This document shows, piece after piece, positions 11,138-22,596 of a stretch of 64,000 bases of DNA; position 1 is the first letter of the stretch; every line of letters starts with the position of its first letter. The notes under the pieces are model-generated. The model was not told the DNA's origin. It searched no databases and saw only the letters and a program-made list of their open reading frames with translations. Position numbers and translations under genes: made by a program. Origin of the DNA: an uncultured delta proteobacterium. GTDB lineage: Bacteria > Desulfobacterota > Syntrophia > Syntrophales > Smithellaceae. The stretch covers positions 96,001-160,000 of the forward strand of contig CAVWEH010000002.1 in the NCBI GenBank assembly GCA_963753975.1, in the 5' to 3' direction.

Positions 11138-11644
11138 ATGGCAATCGAACAAACATTGATCCTTATTAAACCCGACGGGCTTGTTAAATCGCTCACTGGT
11201 AACGTCATTTCCAGATTGTCGGAAGCAAAACTGATTATTATGGGAGCGAAAGTTGTACGCGTCAATCGGGAGCTTGCTGAAAAACATTATGAACATCTCA
11301 AAGAAAAACCATTTTTTGCCGAATTAATCAGCTATATCATGGGAGATGTGCACAAAACGTATAGAGTGCTTGCTTTAGTGTATCAGGGTGAGGATGCTAT
11401 AAAGAAAATCCGGGATATTGTGGGTGATACCGACCCGGAAAAGGCAAATCCGGTATCAATAAGAGGAGCATATGGAAGAATTACGACAAGTGGGGTATTT
11501 GAAAATGTTGTCCACGCCTCCTCTAATCCTGAAGACGCGGAAAAAGAGATAAAGCTCTGGTTTCAGCCCGATGAGGTCGTCGAAGATTTATATCCGATAA
11601 AAGAAGTGACCATTAATAATTTAAAAAAGGTCGTTTGGGCGTAA
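11138..11644 (+). CDS. ndk: Nucleoside diphosphate kinase
   Basis: TLILIKPDG, SIRG, NVVHASS. Confidence 0.95.
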   Translation: MAIEQTLILIKPDGLVKSLTGNVISRLSEAKLIIMGAKVVRVNRELAEKHYEHLKEKPFFAELISYIMGDVHKTYRVLALVYQGEDAIKKIRDIVGDTDPEKANPVSIRGAYGRITTSGVFENVVHASSNPEDAEKEIKLWFQPDEVVEDLYPIKEVTINNLKKVVWA

Positions 11645-11757
11645 TAAAAACATCAAAGTCAAAGCCCGGACGCCGTCTTTATAAAATTTAATATCTGTGG
11701 TTGAAATTGTTATTCGAAAATTAACCTAAGATATTCTCTCCAAATTATTTTATCTTT

Positions 11758-12573
11758 ATGGCTTATGACGTTCAGTTATTGGAAAATAAGCTTGCGGGAA
11801 GTCTTATCGGACATAAGATCCATTTTTATCCGGGAATCGGTTCCACGAATGATAAGGCATTTGATCTTGCCACCGCAGGTTCGCCGGAAGGGACTGTCGT
11901 AATCGCCGACAGCCAGACCGAAGGCAGAGGGCGCCTGCGGAGAGTCTGGCATTCGCCGGCTGGAAGTAATATTTACACTTCCATTATCCTGCGTCCCAAC
12001 TTAGAGCCGGCTCGTGCGCCGCAGATTTCTATATTGGCCGGTGTCGCAATAGCCGAAATTATGGATAATTTCTGCCCCGGCATGGTTAATCTGAAATGGC
12101 CCAATGATGTTCTTGTGCAGGGGAAAAAAGTATGCGGAATTCTCGCGCAAATGAAAACATCAACAAGCCGTGTTGATTTTATTATCTTGGGTATTGGCAT
12201 TAATATAAATATTAACTATAATCAATTGCCGCAGGATATTAAAAATACCGCTACGTCTTTAGCTATAGAAACAGGCCGGAATATTTCCCGTCAGGAATTA
12301 ATAATTGGCCTGTATGAAAATCTGACAAAATGGTATAAAAAGCTTATTATAGACGGATTTAGCACTGTAAAAGGAAAGTGGTTAAGCATGGCGCCGATGA
12401 TTGGAAAGAGGGTTCAGATAATATCCGGTGATAAAGTGGTAAGCGGGAAGGCCTTGGGCATCGACGAACAAGGTTCACTTCTGCTGCTTACGGCGGAAAA
12501 CAGAAGAATCAAGATATTCGCGGGAGATGCAACAATATTAAAGGAGACTCAAAATAATGTTGCTGGTAATTGA
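11758..12573 (+). CDS. birA: Biotin protein ligase (no N-terminal HTH)
   Basis: STN, QTEGRGR, KWPND, KVCGIL, GIGIN. Confidence 0.95.
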   Translation: MAYDVQLLENKLAGSLIGHKIHFYPGIGSTNDKAFDLATAGSPEGTVVIADSQTEGRGRLRRVWHSPAGSNIYTSIILRPNLEPARAPQISILAGVAIAEIMDNFCPGMVNLKWPNDVLVQGKKVCGILAQMKTSTSRVDFIILGIGINININYNQLPQDIKNTATSLAIETGRNISRQELIIGLYENLTKWYKKLIIDGFSTVKGKWLSMAPMIGKRVQIISGDKVVSGKALGIDEQGSLLLLTAENRRIKIFAGDATILKETQNNVAGN

Positions 12574-13336
12574 CGTAGGCAATACCAATACGGTGCTGGG
12601 ACTTTATGACGGCGATCAGCTGATTCATGACTGGAGAATTCGCACAGAGATTGATCATACAATTGATGAATACGGCATGCTAATTTTTAATTTGTATCAA
12701 TCCAGCAGGATAAAAACTGAGAAACTCAGGGCGGTCAGTGCGATTATTATTTCGTGTGTAGTACCGCCGATGCTTAATATCCTGGAACCTTTGTGCGTAA
12801 AATATTTCAATGTAAAACCGTTGATCGTAGGACCCGGTATTAAAACAGGAATGCCTATTTTCTATGATAATCCCAAAGAAGTAGGAGCCGATAGAATCGT
12901 CAATGCCGTTGCCGCTTACGATAAATACCGGCAGGCGGCGATTATAATTGATTTCGGTACGGCAACGACTTTCGATTATATTTCACCGAAAGGGGAATAC
13001 ATGGGGGGATGTATCGCGCCGGGAATAATGATTTCCAGCGAAGCGCTATTTGAACGGGCGGCAAGGCTTCCCCGTGTGGAATTGAGCAAGCCTAAATCGG
13101 TGGTGACCAAAGATACGGTAAGCGCAATACAGGCGGGAATTATCTTTGGTTACGCTGGACTTATTGACGGCATCGTAGAGAGGATGAAAGCCGAAATAAA
13201 AACCAAACCCCTGGTAATTGCCACAGGAGGATTGGCTAGTTTAGTGACGTCCGAAACAAAATGTATCGATAAGGTCGAAGATATGCTTACTTTGGAAGGT
13301 TTGCGCATCATTTATAATTTAAATAGCAAATCATGA
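12557..13336 (+). CDS. coaX: Type III pantothenate kinase
   Basis: DVGNTN, GADR, DFGTATT, ATGG. Confidence 0.97.
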   Translation: MLLVIDVGNTNTVLGLYDGDQLIHDWRIRTEIDHTIDEYGMLIFNLYQSSRIKTEKLRAVSAIIISCVVPPMLNILEPLCVKYFNVKPLIVGPGIKTGMPIFYDNPKEVGADRIVNAVAAYDKYRQAAIIIDFGTATTFDYISPKGEYMGGCIAPGIMISSEALFERAARLPRVELSKPKSVVTKDTVSAIQAGIIFGYAGLIDGIVERMKAEIKTKPLVIATGGLASLVTSETKCIDKVEDMLTLEGLRIIYNLNSKS

Positions 13337-13388
13337 TGGGTCGTCCGGCATTCATGATTTCAGGATTCATTACGGGATTACCAAAAAA

Positions 13389-14027
13389 ATGTTAAACGTC
13401 GGATTGACGGGAGGTATTGCTTGCGGAAAATCTACAGTAGGCCGCATCTTTATTCGGCACGGCGCTCATCTAATTGATTTCGATGAGCTTGCGCACAATG
13501 TCGAAAAACCGGGACAACCTGCTTGGGAAAAAATCGTCGAATATTTTGGCGAAAGTATACTGCTTACGGATAAAAAAATTGACCGGTATAAATTAGCTCA
13601 GATTGTTTTTGCCGATTTACAAAAGCTCAAGACCCTCAATAGCATCGTTCATCCTTATGTATTGGAAGAATGGCGTTCGCATTTAGAAAAAATTAATGAA
13701 AGTGAAAATAACGCCATCGTTTTATCGGACGTCCCTCTCTTGTTTGAAGAAAAGATGCAGCATCTTTTCGACTTAACTTTGTTGGTTTTAATATCTCCCG
13801 CCCAGCAAATTCAAAGGCTGATTGCCCGCAATGGTTTGACGAGAGATGAAGCCAAAAGAAGGCTGATGAATCAAATGCCGATTGGTGAAAAGGCTCGCCT
13901 GGCGGATATTGTGATTGATAATCAAAAGCCCGTTGCCGAAACTGAAAAAAAAGTGGAAGAAGTATGGCAAAAGCTTTTAAAAATTGAAAAAAATAAAACC
14001 CGGCATAAAAGCAGAGAAGAAACTTAA
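13389..14027 (+). CDS. coaE: Dephospho-CoA kinase
   Basis: GLTGGIACGKS, IVHP, DVPLLFE. Confidence 0.96.
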   Translation: MLNVGLTGGIACGKSTVGRIFIRHGAHLIDFDELAHNVEKPGQPAWEKIVEYFGESILLTDKKIDRYKLAQIVFADLQKLKTLNSIVHPYVLEEWRSHLEKINESENNAIVLSDVPLLFEEKMQHLFDLTLLVLISPAQQIQRLIARNGLTRDEAKRRLMNQMPIGEKARLADIVIDNQKPVAETEKKVEEVWQKLLKIEKNKTRHKSREET

Positions 14028-14117
14028 AATTACTGTCTTTCTGATTTTTAAGAATATTATTGCGAAGGCAAAAAAGTGATTGAAAAGTATCTTCCCGATT
14101 TCTGTACACGCAGACCA

Positions 14118-14443
14118 GTAGCGGTAATACGGAATGTAATCTTAGGCAAGAATGTTGTGGGTGATGATTTCAATATGCGGGATGGCGTTGTGATTCACGT
14201 CCGGGAAACTGAAATTTACGGGAAACCGTAGAGAAGAATCTTTGTGAAATGAAAGGAAAGAAATACGCTGTTTATGCGGGCAGCCGCGTTGCGCTCACTC
14301 GCCAGGTGCAAATTCACGGGCCGTCTGTGGTTATGGACAATACTTTTGTGCGCATGAAATTTTTTGTATTTAAATCCATTGTCGGACGCGATTGTGTGAT
14401 TGAACCGGCGGCAGTTCTTAGGGGCGCGAAGATCGCTGAGTAA
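14118..14443 (+). pseudogene. Remnant of Cam-type gamma carbonic anhydrase
   Basis: AVIRNVILGKNVVGDDFNMRDGVVIHVRET, then a frameshift near 14228, then KYAVYAGSRVALTRQVQIHGP...FVFKS..G..CVIEP. Internally deleted and truncated. Confidence 0.8.
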
Positions 14444-14496
14444 ACATTGCTCTGACGAAAGGCTATCTGGCAACGGCAAAAAATAATGGAAGAACT

Positions 14497-15216
14497 TTGA
14501 GAAAAGAAATATCTACAGTTAATAGTGAAAAGCAGAATCGTTGCCTTTCCTGCGGATCAACGGAAAATATCAGAAACCGGAAATATTGTTCGATCAAATG
14601 CCGGCAGAATCTCCGGCAGAAGCTGAATATGAGAAGCGGTTTACTACAGGCGTTAAATACTCGATACGCGGCTTTTTATTTTTCCGACACAATAATTATC
14701 CTGGATATAATGCCCCACGGAGTAAAGGAAATATTCAGATTTACGCAAGAGCGATCAATAAACCACAAGCCGGCGGAAGATTTCGGTAAAATGGCCAATA
14801 TGCTGGGAAGAGCCTGGTGGGAAGAGGAAAAACGCACAACTAAAAAGTATTTAGCCTCCCGCCGCGTGCTGGAATTAGCGACAAAACATCCTGCGCATAT
14901 ATCCTTGCGGCCTACTGTAATAAATATTCCGAGTGTTAAAATTAATGCCTTAAACTACTTGGGAATTAATAAAAGCGATTTAAATTCCATTGAGTTGCGT
15001 AAAATCATTAAAACCTCATACCGCAAGCAGGCTAAAATCCATCATCCCGATCTTGGTGGCCATGCTCCGACTTTTAGAAAACTCCATAAGGCCTATCGGG
15101 AACTTCTTCAATGGGCGGAGAGTCCCAGTTTTATTCACCGTCGTGGTTTTGTAAGTAAGTGGTTTTACGACGGCGAAAATAAAAAATGGGTACAACCAAT
15201 ACCGCTACATGATTAA
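14497..15216 (+). CDS. J-domain protein with N-terminal Cys4 motif
   Basis: CLSC...CSIKC at N-terminus; YRKQAKIHHPD J-domain near C-terminus. Confidence 0.85.
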   Translation: MRKEISTVNSEKQNRCLSCGSTENIRNRKYCSIKCRQNLRQKLNMRSGLLQALNTRYAAFYFSDTIIILDIMPHGVKEIFRFTQERSINHKPAEDFGKMANMLGRAWWEEEKRTTKKYLASRRVLELATKHPAHISLRPTVINIPSVKINALNYLGINKSDLNSIELRKIIKTSYRKQAKIHHPDLGGHAPTFRKLHKAYRELLQWAESPSFIHRRGFVSKWFYDGENKKWVQPIPLHD

Positions 15217-15230
15217 TAATTTATAAAATA

Positions 15231-15438
15231 TTATTTTTTATCGATGTATTTCAAATCTTCCGACGTGTTAATATCAAAGAAGAGACAACCAGAATAATTA
15301 TTTCGGCAAATATATCTTGGTATATGTCGAGAATTCTATCAATGAGCCGAATTCCGTCAATTTTAAGAAATGCTTTTTCGATTCTCATGCGGGAATTTTG
15401 CTACCGGCCAAAATGATTCCGGTAATCGTTTTTATCAT
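15231..15438 (-). pseudogene. mobA: Remnant of molybdenum cofactor guanylyltransferase
   Basis: MIKTITGIILAGSK / SRMRIEKAFLKIDGIRLIDRIL / FFDINTSEDLKYIDKK* spread over three frames; middle of the gene deleted. Confidence 0.8.
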
Positions 15439-15742
15439 ATTAATAATTGCCTCTTTTACGCGAATGAATTTTAAGCAGTTATTAGTTATCTAATTATTTT
15501 TCTGCCTATGGAAACAGGTTGCTTAAACATTAGAGGAACCGATATTGATTCTTAAGTTATGTGTGAATACTTCATGCATAAAGAAGAATAAACGGATATA
15601 TTATAGGCGGTGCAAGTGAACTTAGCTATCAAACATCAGATGAGACGATTTAGGGTATTAAAATAATTAGATTTCTTTCGCCTGCGGAAGTACTTATTAG
15701 GAGCGGTCAATTCTCTGTTCTTCCTATTGCAGCAAGCGATTA

Positions 15743-16397
15743 TTAATGACCTTCTTCCATTGCACCCGAAATGTACATCATCGCCAGCAGCATAAAAACT
15801 ACAGTTTGGATGATCGAAGTGAAAATCATCAACACAAAAACAGGCAAAGGAACAAGTGTCGGTACAAGCAATAATACAACAGCGAGAACTATATCTTCGC
15901 CTTTGATATTGCCGAATAAACGAAAAGTCAGAGAAAGCGGCCGTGGAAAAGTGGCTGATGATTTCAATAGGAACCATGAGTGGAGTAAGCCACCATACTG
16001 GCCCCATAAATTGTTTGAAATATTTCCAGCCATGAGTTCTCACTCCGACTACATGTGTGGAGAAAAAAACGACAATAGCCATGGAAAGAGTAGTGTTAAT
16101 ATCGGACGTAGGTGATTCAAAGCCGGGAATGATACCGAGTAAGTTCGCCGTTAATATGTAAATGCCCAATGTGGCGATAAGTGGGAAATATCTCCGGCCG
16201 TTGTGGCCCATAATTTCATTTAGCAGAAAATCAAATCCGCCGATAATTACTTCCATTACATTTTGAAACCTGCCGGGGTAAATTTCCAGCCGGCGAGTTG
16301 CCAGAAAAGATAGGATTGCCAGCATAATAGCAAGAAACCAGGCGTAAGTTACGTGCGGGGGAAAATAGGAATTCTCCAAAAAAAGCAGAGGGTGCAT
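15743..16397 (-). CDS. atpB: F0 ATP synthase subunit a; +1 frameshift near 15944-15950
   Basis: [20 protein letters not shown] then [12 protein letters not shown] and IQTVVFMLL in the next frame. Confidence 0.92.
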
Positions 16398-16400
16398 ATA

Positions 16401-16796
16401 TTAAATAACCTCCTCAAGAAAGTTTTTTTTTGTAAAGGTAGTAATAACGGTTACAACAATGGTTATTACTACTACCGATAATCCAATAATCAAGCCGATT
16501 ATATTTACGGTGTCGTTCGAAATTAAAAAATATAAAACAACGGCGGTTAACGCCAGCCGAATAAAATATTTAAAGAACACCGCTCCTTTTACGTTTCCCG
16601 TAAGTTTTTCAAAAACACGGCGTAAACTGCGTTCCATCCAATAAAAATTTAGGATGCTGATGAAACCGCCCAGAAGCACACCTAGAGCAAATTTAAAAGT
16701 GCCGAAAATTAAAGAAGGGATAAAAATAAGGCCGAGAATAATCCAGTTAACGATTTCAATTTTTCTTTGGAGCTGGTCTTTGGCGATGAGGTTCAC
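16401..16796 (-). CDS. atpI: ATP synthase protein I (4-TM)
   Basis: Four hydrophobic segments, immediately upstream of atpB. Confidence 0.8.
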   Translation of the reverse strand: MNLIAKDQLQRKIEIVNWIILGLIFIPSLIFGTFKFALGVLLGGFISILNFYWMERSLRRVFEKLTGNVKGAVFFKYFIRLALTAVVLYFLISNDTVNIIGLIIGLSVVVITIVVTVITTFTKKNFLEEVI

Positions 16797-17040
16797 TTTT
16801 TATACTCTTTATTATTGGTTCATCATCAGTAAAATTTTTTTTAATCAAAACATATATGTTACGAAACCCGGCCGCAATACCAATAAACAAGAAAATTATG
16901 GTAAAAACGTGACCGGATTCAAACTTGCGGTCTAGATACGATCCAAACCAAAGGCAGCCAAAAATTGCCAAGACCATGGCAATGCCGATGCTGCTGGCAA
17001 AAGCCATTTGCATGGCATTTTTTTTGGTTTCTTGATCCAT
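16756..17040 (-). CDS. AtpZ/AtpI-family 2-TM protein
   Basis: G.YLD..F and GIAAGF motifs; first gene of the F0 cluster. Confidence 0.85.
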   Translation of the reverse strand: MDQETKKNAMQMAFASSIGIAMVLAIFGCLWFGSYLDRKFESGHVFTIIFLFIGIAAGFRNIYVLIKKNFTDDEPIIKSIKSEPHRQRPAPKKN

Positions 17041-17107
17041 TTATTCAGGCGCTCCTTAACATTAATGAAATCCAAAGTCAAACAAAAAAATGACCGGCGT
17101 TCAGGTA

Positions 17108-18050
17108 TTAACGTGCAATGCGGCGGTTGTTCCTATACCATTCAATTGTTTTCATTAATCCTGTTTCGAAATCAGTGGCGGCTTTAAATCCAAATTCTTT
17201 CATCGCTTTTGAAGTGTCGAGCAGACGACGCGGCTGGCCGTCCGGTTTGGATTTATCCCAAATAATATTCGCCTTTAAAACCGCTAATTTGAGCAATTAG
17301 TTCAACAAGTTCTTTAATTGATATTTCAAAGCCGGCGCCGATATTAATGGGTTCGCTTTTGTTGTAAAATCTGGTCGCTAAGTAAATTGCTTCAGCGGCG
17401 TCCTCCACGTAAAAAAATTCGCGTGTGGCCGAACCAGTGCCCCAGACTTCAATTTTAGCGGCATTTACGTCCAAGGCATCAAAACATTTTTTTATTAGTG
17501 CGGGAATAACGTGAGAGGAGCGCGGAGCGAAATTATCTCCCGGACCGTAAAGGTTTACCGGCAGTAAAAAAATTGAATTGAACGAATATTGTTGACGGTA
17601 CGCCTGAGACTGCACCAGCATCATTTTTTTTGCAAGGCCATAGGGGGCATTGGTTTCTTCGGGGTATCCGTTCCAGATGTTTTCTTCCTTAAAAGGTACC
17701 GGCGTGAATTTAGGATATGCGCAAATTGTTCCCAGCGCGACAAATTTTTCAATTTTGTGCAGATATGCTTCATGGATTAATTGAGCACCCATGATTAAAT
17801 TGTCAAAAAATAGTTCGGCGGGCTTTTCCTGATTAAAGCCGATGCCGCCGACCCGGGCAGCAAGGTGAATGACGATTTCGGGATTGGTCTCTTCATACAT
17901 GCGGCGAATATCGGTAATATTAGTCAAATTGTATTCGGGAAGGTCAGCGATTTTAACATGAACACAGCCTGCACTTTTTAATTTTTTGAGCAAATGGCTT
18001 CCTAAAAATCCTTTTCCGCCGGTAACGGTGATGCGTTTTTCTTTAAGCAT
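17108..18050 (-). CDS. fcl: GDP-L-fucose synthase; +1 frameshift near 17262-17272
   Basis: [22 protein letters not shown], then [14 protein letters not shown] in the second frame; follows gmd. Confidence 0.92.
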
Positions 18051-18067
18051 TTAATAATCTCCGGTTT

Positions 18068-19099
18068 TCAAGTGATGCGATCGCTGCTGTTACATGCGAA
18101 TCCGGCTTCGACTAAAGTCTTCTCTTTCTTTGCCAATTCCAGATCCCCGGCAATCATCATATCGATAAGCTTTTCAAAACCGATTTTCGGTTGCCAGCCG
18201 AGAATTTTTTTCGCTTTGGCGTAATTGCCTAAAAGTACATCTACCTCGGTTGGCCGAAAATAACGCCGATCCACCATTACATATTTATTATAATCCAATC
18301 CGAGTTTGGTAAATACTTTCTCTGCAAACTCCCGTACCGAGTGCGTTTCGCCGGTGGCAATGACGAAATCGTCGGGCTTTTCTTGCTGCAACATCATCCA
18401 CATTGCTTCTACATAGTCTCCGGCAAAGCCCCAATCTCTTTTGGCGTCAAGGTTTCCCAAATAAAGTTTTTCCTTAAGGCCTAACTTGATTTGTGTTGCC
18501 GCGCGGGTGATTTTTCTGGTGACGAACGTTTCTCCGCGTCGCGGCGATTCATGGTTAAAAAGAATTCCATTAGAGGCAAAAATGCCGTAGGCATCTCGAT
18601 AGTTTTGCGCAATATAATAGGCATAAACTTTAGCCGCTGCATAGGGGCTGCGCGGTTGAAATATCGTTTTTTCACTTTGGGGCGGCGCCGCAGCTCCGAA
18701 CATTTCGCTGGAAGAAGCTTGATAAAATTTGGTTTTGATACCGGTTCTACGAATTGCTTCCAAAATTCTCAATGTTCCCATCCCGGTTATATCTCCGGTA
18801 TATTCAGGCATGTCAAAACTTACCCGGACATGGCTTTGAGCTCCCAGGTGATAAATTTCATCGGGGGCAATAGAATGAAGTAAATCCATAAGTTGTCCGG
18901 AAACGCTTAAATCGCCGTAATAAAGAAATAATCTTGTATCCGGGTCATGAAAGTCACGATAAAGGTGATCGATGCGGTCGGTGTTAAAAGTACTGGAGCG
19001 CCGTATCAAACCATGAACTTCATAACCCTTAGTCAAGAGGAGTTCTGCCAGATAGGAGCCGTCTTGACCGGTAATACCCGTAAGAAAAGCTTTTTTCAT
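18068..19099 (-). CDS. gmd: GDP-mannose 4,6-dehydratase
   Basis: [35 protein letters not shown]. Confidence 0.98.
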   Translation of the reverse strand: MKKAFLTGITGQDGSYLAELLLTKGYEVHGLIRRSSTFNTDRIDHLYRDFHDPDTRLFLYYGDLSVSGQLMDLLHSIAPDEIYHLGAQSHVRVSFDMPEYTGDITGMGTLRILEAIRRTGIKTKFYQASSSEMFGAAAPPQSEKTIFQPRSPYAAAKVYAYYIAQNYRDAYGIFASNGILFNHESPRRGETFVTRKITRAATQIKLGLKEKLYLGNLDAKRDWGFAGDYVEAMWMMLQQEKPDDFVIATGETHSVREFAEKVFTKLGLDYNKYVMVDRRYFRPTEVDVLLGNYAKAKKILGWQPKIGFEKLIDMMIAGDLELAKKEKTLVEAGFACNSSDRIT

Positions 19100-19125
19100 T
19101 TTGCCTCCTAAAAAATAAACAGTGT

Positions 19126-20445
19126 TTATAATCGCCAGTATTTAATACCCAGTTTCCGCGCGCGTTCGGGTTCAAATAATGATTTTATATCAATTAAAAT
19201 GGAACAATCTTTACGACAGAACCCGGCAATGCGCGTTAATCCCAGATCCCTAAAAGCGTTGTGGGCGACGGCGAGCACAACGGCATCGACATCACGGATA
19301 TCACTCAAAGGCACCAGCTCTATGCCGTAATAATGGCGGGCTTCTCCGGGGATTACCAAAGGATCATGTACCATTATATCAACCCCATATTCCGTCAATT
19401 CGGTTATGATGTCGGTTACCCGCGTGTTGCGTATATCCGGAACGTTTTCCTTGAAGGAAAGTCCTAAGACGGCCACACGCGCGTTGTGTACTTGTTTGTC
19501 GGAATCTATAAGCATTTTGATCGTTTGTTGCGCCACGTATTTGCCCATGTTGTCGTTAATCCGTCGCCCGGCAAGAATTACTTCGGGATGGTAACCTATG
19601 CTTTGAGCTTTATAAGTAAGGTAATAGGGATCAACACCGATGCAGTGACCGCCGACCAAACCGGGACGGAATGATAAAAAATTCCATTTTGTTTCCGCGG
19701 CTTCCAAAACTTCGATGGTGTCGATTCCCATTTTATTAAAAATTATAGACAGCTCATTCATCAAAGCGATGTTGATATCGCGTTGAGTATTTTCTATTAC
19801 CTTTGCCGCTTCAGCAACTTTTATTGATGAGGCCTTATGCAATCCGGCTTTGACTATTAAGCTATATATCCCTTCCAAAAAATCCAGAGTTGATTGATCG
19901 GATGCGGAAATAATTTTTATCGTGTTATCGATGGTATGCACCTTATCGCCGGGATTGATGCGCTCGGGCGAGTAGCCGACCGTGAAATCACGGCCGAATT
20001 TAAGGTTTGATTCTGCCTCCAAAATAGGGATGCAAATATCTTCGGTAGCGCCGGGATAAACGGTGGATTCATAAACTACACAGGAACCGGATGACATATG
20101 CCGGCCAATTAAGGCGGAAGCATTTTTTATCGCGCGCAAATCGGGAACACGGGAATCGTCTACCGGCGTGGGAACGGCAACTATGAAAAGCCGGCAGCCG
20201 GAAAGCTCGGTGGCGTCAGATGTAAAATGAACATCGACTTTTTTTAATTCGGCATTGGTAAGTTCCAGAGTGCGATCATGGCCTTTTTTTAATTCAGCAA
20301 TATTGACTTCATTATTGTCATAACCAATAACTTTAAAGTTACGTGATAAGTGAGCGGCCAAAGGTAGTCCCACGTATCCCAAGCCGATAACAGCAATTAT
20401 GTCTTTTTTGGCAAGAAAAGATTGAATGGATAACTGTTTTCCCAT
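19126..20445 (-). CDS. UDP-N-acetylhexosamine 6-dehydrogenase (TviB/WbpO type)
   Basis: [30 protein letters not shown]. Confidence 0.9.
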   Translation of the reverse strand: MGKQLSIQSFLAKKDIIAVIGLGYVGLPLAAHLSRNFKVIGYDNNEVNIAELKKGHDRTLELTNAELKKVDVHFTSDATELSGCRLFIVAVPTPVDDSRVPDLRAIKNASALIGRHMSSGSCVVYESTVYPGATEDICIPILEAESNLKFGRDFTVGYSPERINPGDKVHTIDNTIKIISASDQSTLDFLEGIYSLIVKAGLHKASSIKVAEAAKVIENTQRDINIALMNELSIIFNKMGIDTIEVLEAAETKWNFLSFRPGLVGGHCIGVDPYYLTYKAQSIGYHPEVILAGRRINDNMGKYVAQQTIKMLIDSDKQVHNARVAVLGLSFKENVPDIRNTRVTDIITELTEYGVDIMVHDPLVIPGEARHYYGIELVPLSDIRDVDAVVLAVAHNAFRDLGLTRIAGFCRKDCSILIDIKSLFEPERARKLGIKYWRL

Positions 20446-20517
20446 AACTCGTTTCCTCAGATAAATTTATAATATAAATTAACGCAAACATTACAGTAAT
20501 GACAGGCGGTTGTCAAT

Positions 20518-20654
20518 CCCGCGACCTGGAGTCTGTCGGCTCCAGTTCCAAGAGGAGAGTACCGTGACCCGCGGGAGGTCGCGTTATTTTAGAGAACCTC
20601 CGGCTCCTGTAACCTAAAGGTCATCTGCGACCGGAGGGGACTCCACTTAGGTGG
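20518..20654. repeat. GC-rich palindromic intergenic element containing the TAACCTAAAGGTCA module
   Basis: CGCGACCT...AGGTCGCG and CTGGAG...CTCCAG stems; module shared with 27584 and 57222-57235. Confidence 0.55.
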
Positions 20655-21938
20655 TCACAGCTTTTTCAATGCAGAGGCGCAAGCATCCAGGGTAAAAGCA
20701 ATATCGGCATCACTATGGGCAAAGGACAGGAAAACTGCCTCAAATTGTGAAGGAGCCAACCATATATTTTTTTTCAATATACTATGAAAAAAACGGGCAA
20801 ATAGCGCCGTATCTGATTTTTGGGCGGAAGTTAAATCATAGATTGGTCCTTCCTGGAAGAATATCGTAAACATCGAATGAACGCGGCTTATACAAGCGGG
20901 AATTCCTTCGGCGGCAAATAGGTTTTCCATACCTGTGCAAAGTTTATTAGTTTTATCATCCAGTGCTAAATAAGAGGAAGCTTTGGCTTTAAGGATTTGG
21001 AGAGTCGCTAAGCCCGCGGCGATAGCCAAAGGATTGCCGGAAAGAGTGCCGGCCTGATAGATTTCACCCATCGGAGCAATCTTTTCCATGATTTCCTTTT
21101 TGCCGCCAACGGCGCCGACGGGCATCCCTCCGCCGATTATTTTGCCCAAACAAGTTAAGTCGGGTTTGATTTTTATTAAATTCTGATAACCGCCGAAGGT
21201 AAAACGAAATCCTGAAATTACTTCATCGAAGATTAAAACTATGCCGTATTTTTGAGTAAGTCTTCTTAGCTCTTCTAAAAATCCAGCCTGCGGAGGAATT
21301 ACTCCCATATTGCCGGCTACCGGCTCAATAATAACGGCTGCGAGCCGTGAACCATGGCGCTCGATCGTTGTTTTCAGGGCTTCCAGGGAATTATAAGGCA
21401 GACTCAAGGTTAAACGTGATAATTCATCAGGAATACCCGGAGACCCGGATAGACCCAAGGTTGTCACGCCGGATCCTGCCTTGACCAAGAGTGAATCGAC
21501 GTGGCCGTGGTAACAGCCGTCGAATTTAGCGATCATATCCCTGCCGGTAAAGCCGCGCGCCAGACGTATGGCCGTCATTGTTGCTTCCGTACCGGAACTG
21601 GTCATTCGCACCAGCTCTATAGAGGGTATTGCCAAACGGATGAGCTTGGCCATTTTTGTCTCCGCTTCAGTCGGCGCGCCGAAGCTTGTTCCCTTTTGAG
21701 CAGTGCGGCAAATAGCGGCGATTACGTCAGGATGAGCGTGACCTAAAATCATCGGCCCCCAGGATAAGACATAATCAATATATTTCTTACCGGAGATATC
21801 ATAAATTTTACTGCCTTTAGCACGGCTGACAAAGAGAGGACTACCGCCGACCGCATTCCAGGCGCGTACGGGAGAATTAACACCGCCGGCGATAACCTGC
21901 CTGGCTTCAGTAAGATAATCCGACCGTGTTTTGGGCAT
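20655..21938 (-). CDS. hemL: Glutamate-1-semialdehyde 2,1-aminomutase
   Basis: GGVNSPVRA, SGTEA, GKIIGGGMP, YQAGTLSGNP. Confidence 0.97.
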   Translation of the reverse strand: MPKTRSDYLTEARQVIAGGVNSPVRAWNAVGGSPLFVSRAKGSKIYDISGKKYIDYVLSWGPMILGHAHPDVIAAICRTAQKGTSFGAPTEAETKMAKLIRLAIPSIELVRMTSSGTEATMTAIRLARGFTGRDMIAKFDGCYHGHVDSLLVKAGSGVTTLGLSGSPGIPDELSRLTLSLPYNSLEALKTTIERHGSRLAAVIIEPVAGNMGVIPPQAGFLEELRRLTQKYGIVLIFDEVISGFRFTFGGYQNLIKIKPDLTCLGKIIGGGMPVGAVGGKKEIMEKIAPMGEIYQAGTLSGNPLAIAAGLATLQILKAKASSYLALDDKTNKLCTGMENLFAAEGIPACISRVHSMFTIFFQEGPIYDLTSAQKSDTALFARFFHSILKKNIWLAPSQFEAVFLSFAHSDADIAFTLDACASALKKL

Positions 21939-22405
21939 TAAAAATACTCCGGAGATGTCTTTTTATATTCTTTTAAGCTTTCCAAAATTAGAAAATCATA
22001 AATATCAACGGAAGCCGCCATTTTATTTACCAGAGAAGTCATGTCTTCGCTTTTGGTGTGCAGCATTGTAAACAGATTGTATTTGAACTTAAATAGCGGA
22101 TTCCTTTCGTAGCAATGGGAGATAAAGGGAAAAGAAGCAAAAGTCCTTCCGGCATCTTTTATTTTATCCTGCGGTACGGACCAGACAACCAGCGCGTTTT
22201 TTGCGTAGCCGATTTTAGAGTGGCGCAAAATAGCTCCAAACTTACGTATATAACCTTCCCTGTTCAGCTTCTTTATTATATTAATAATTTCTTTTTCAGT
22301 TACGCCGCAGGAATCCGCGATCTGGCGGAAAGGACGGCTTTCTAACTGAATATCGCCCTGAAGCAGGCTGGCAACTTTAATTTTTTTAGCGGTTATTCCT
22401 TTCAC
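21938..22405 (-). CDS. ahbB: Siroheme decarboxylase subunit (Lrp/AsnC-like AhbB); start approximate
   Basis: LQGDI..RPF, FGAILRH..G, SHCYER, YNLFTMLH, EYKKTS; coupled to hemL. Confidence 0.75.
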   Translation of the reverse strand: MKGITAKKIKVASLLQGDIQLESRPFRQIADSCGVTEKEIINIIKKLNREGYIRKFGAILRHSKIGYAKNALVVWSVPQDKIKDAGRTFASFPFISHCYERNPLFKFKYNLFTMLHTKSEDMTSLVNKMAASVDIYDFLILESLKEYKKTSPEYF

Positions 22406-22596
22406 AGGATAAATTTTAACCTGCTTAATAAATAAAATCAAGAAGTGTGTTATAAGTAAATATTTCTTGACAATTATTATGTGGAACATTAAAAATTAAT
22501 TGACGTGAAGGTCAGATAGCAAAAAAATAAATGAAAGGAGGCGTGGATAAGTTTATATTTTAGTAAATTAATATTAATTAAATAAGGAGAATTAAA

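Noticed and set aside
2110..17272. Programmed ribosomal frameshifting in LPP20-like, atpB and fcl
   Set aside because: No shared slippery motif or stimulatory structure; uniform +1 pattern fits sequencing error
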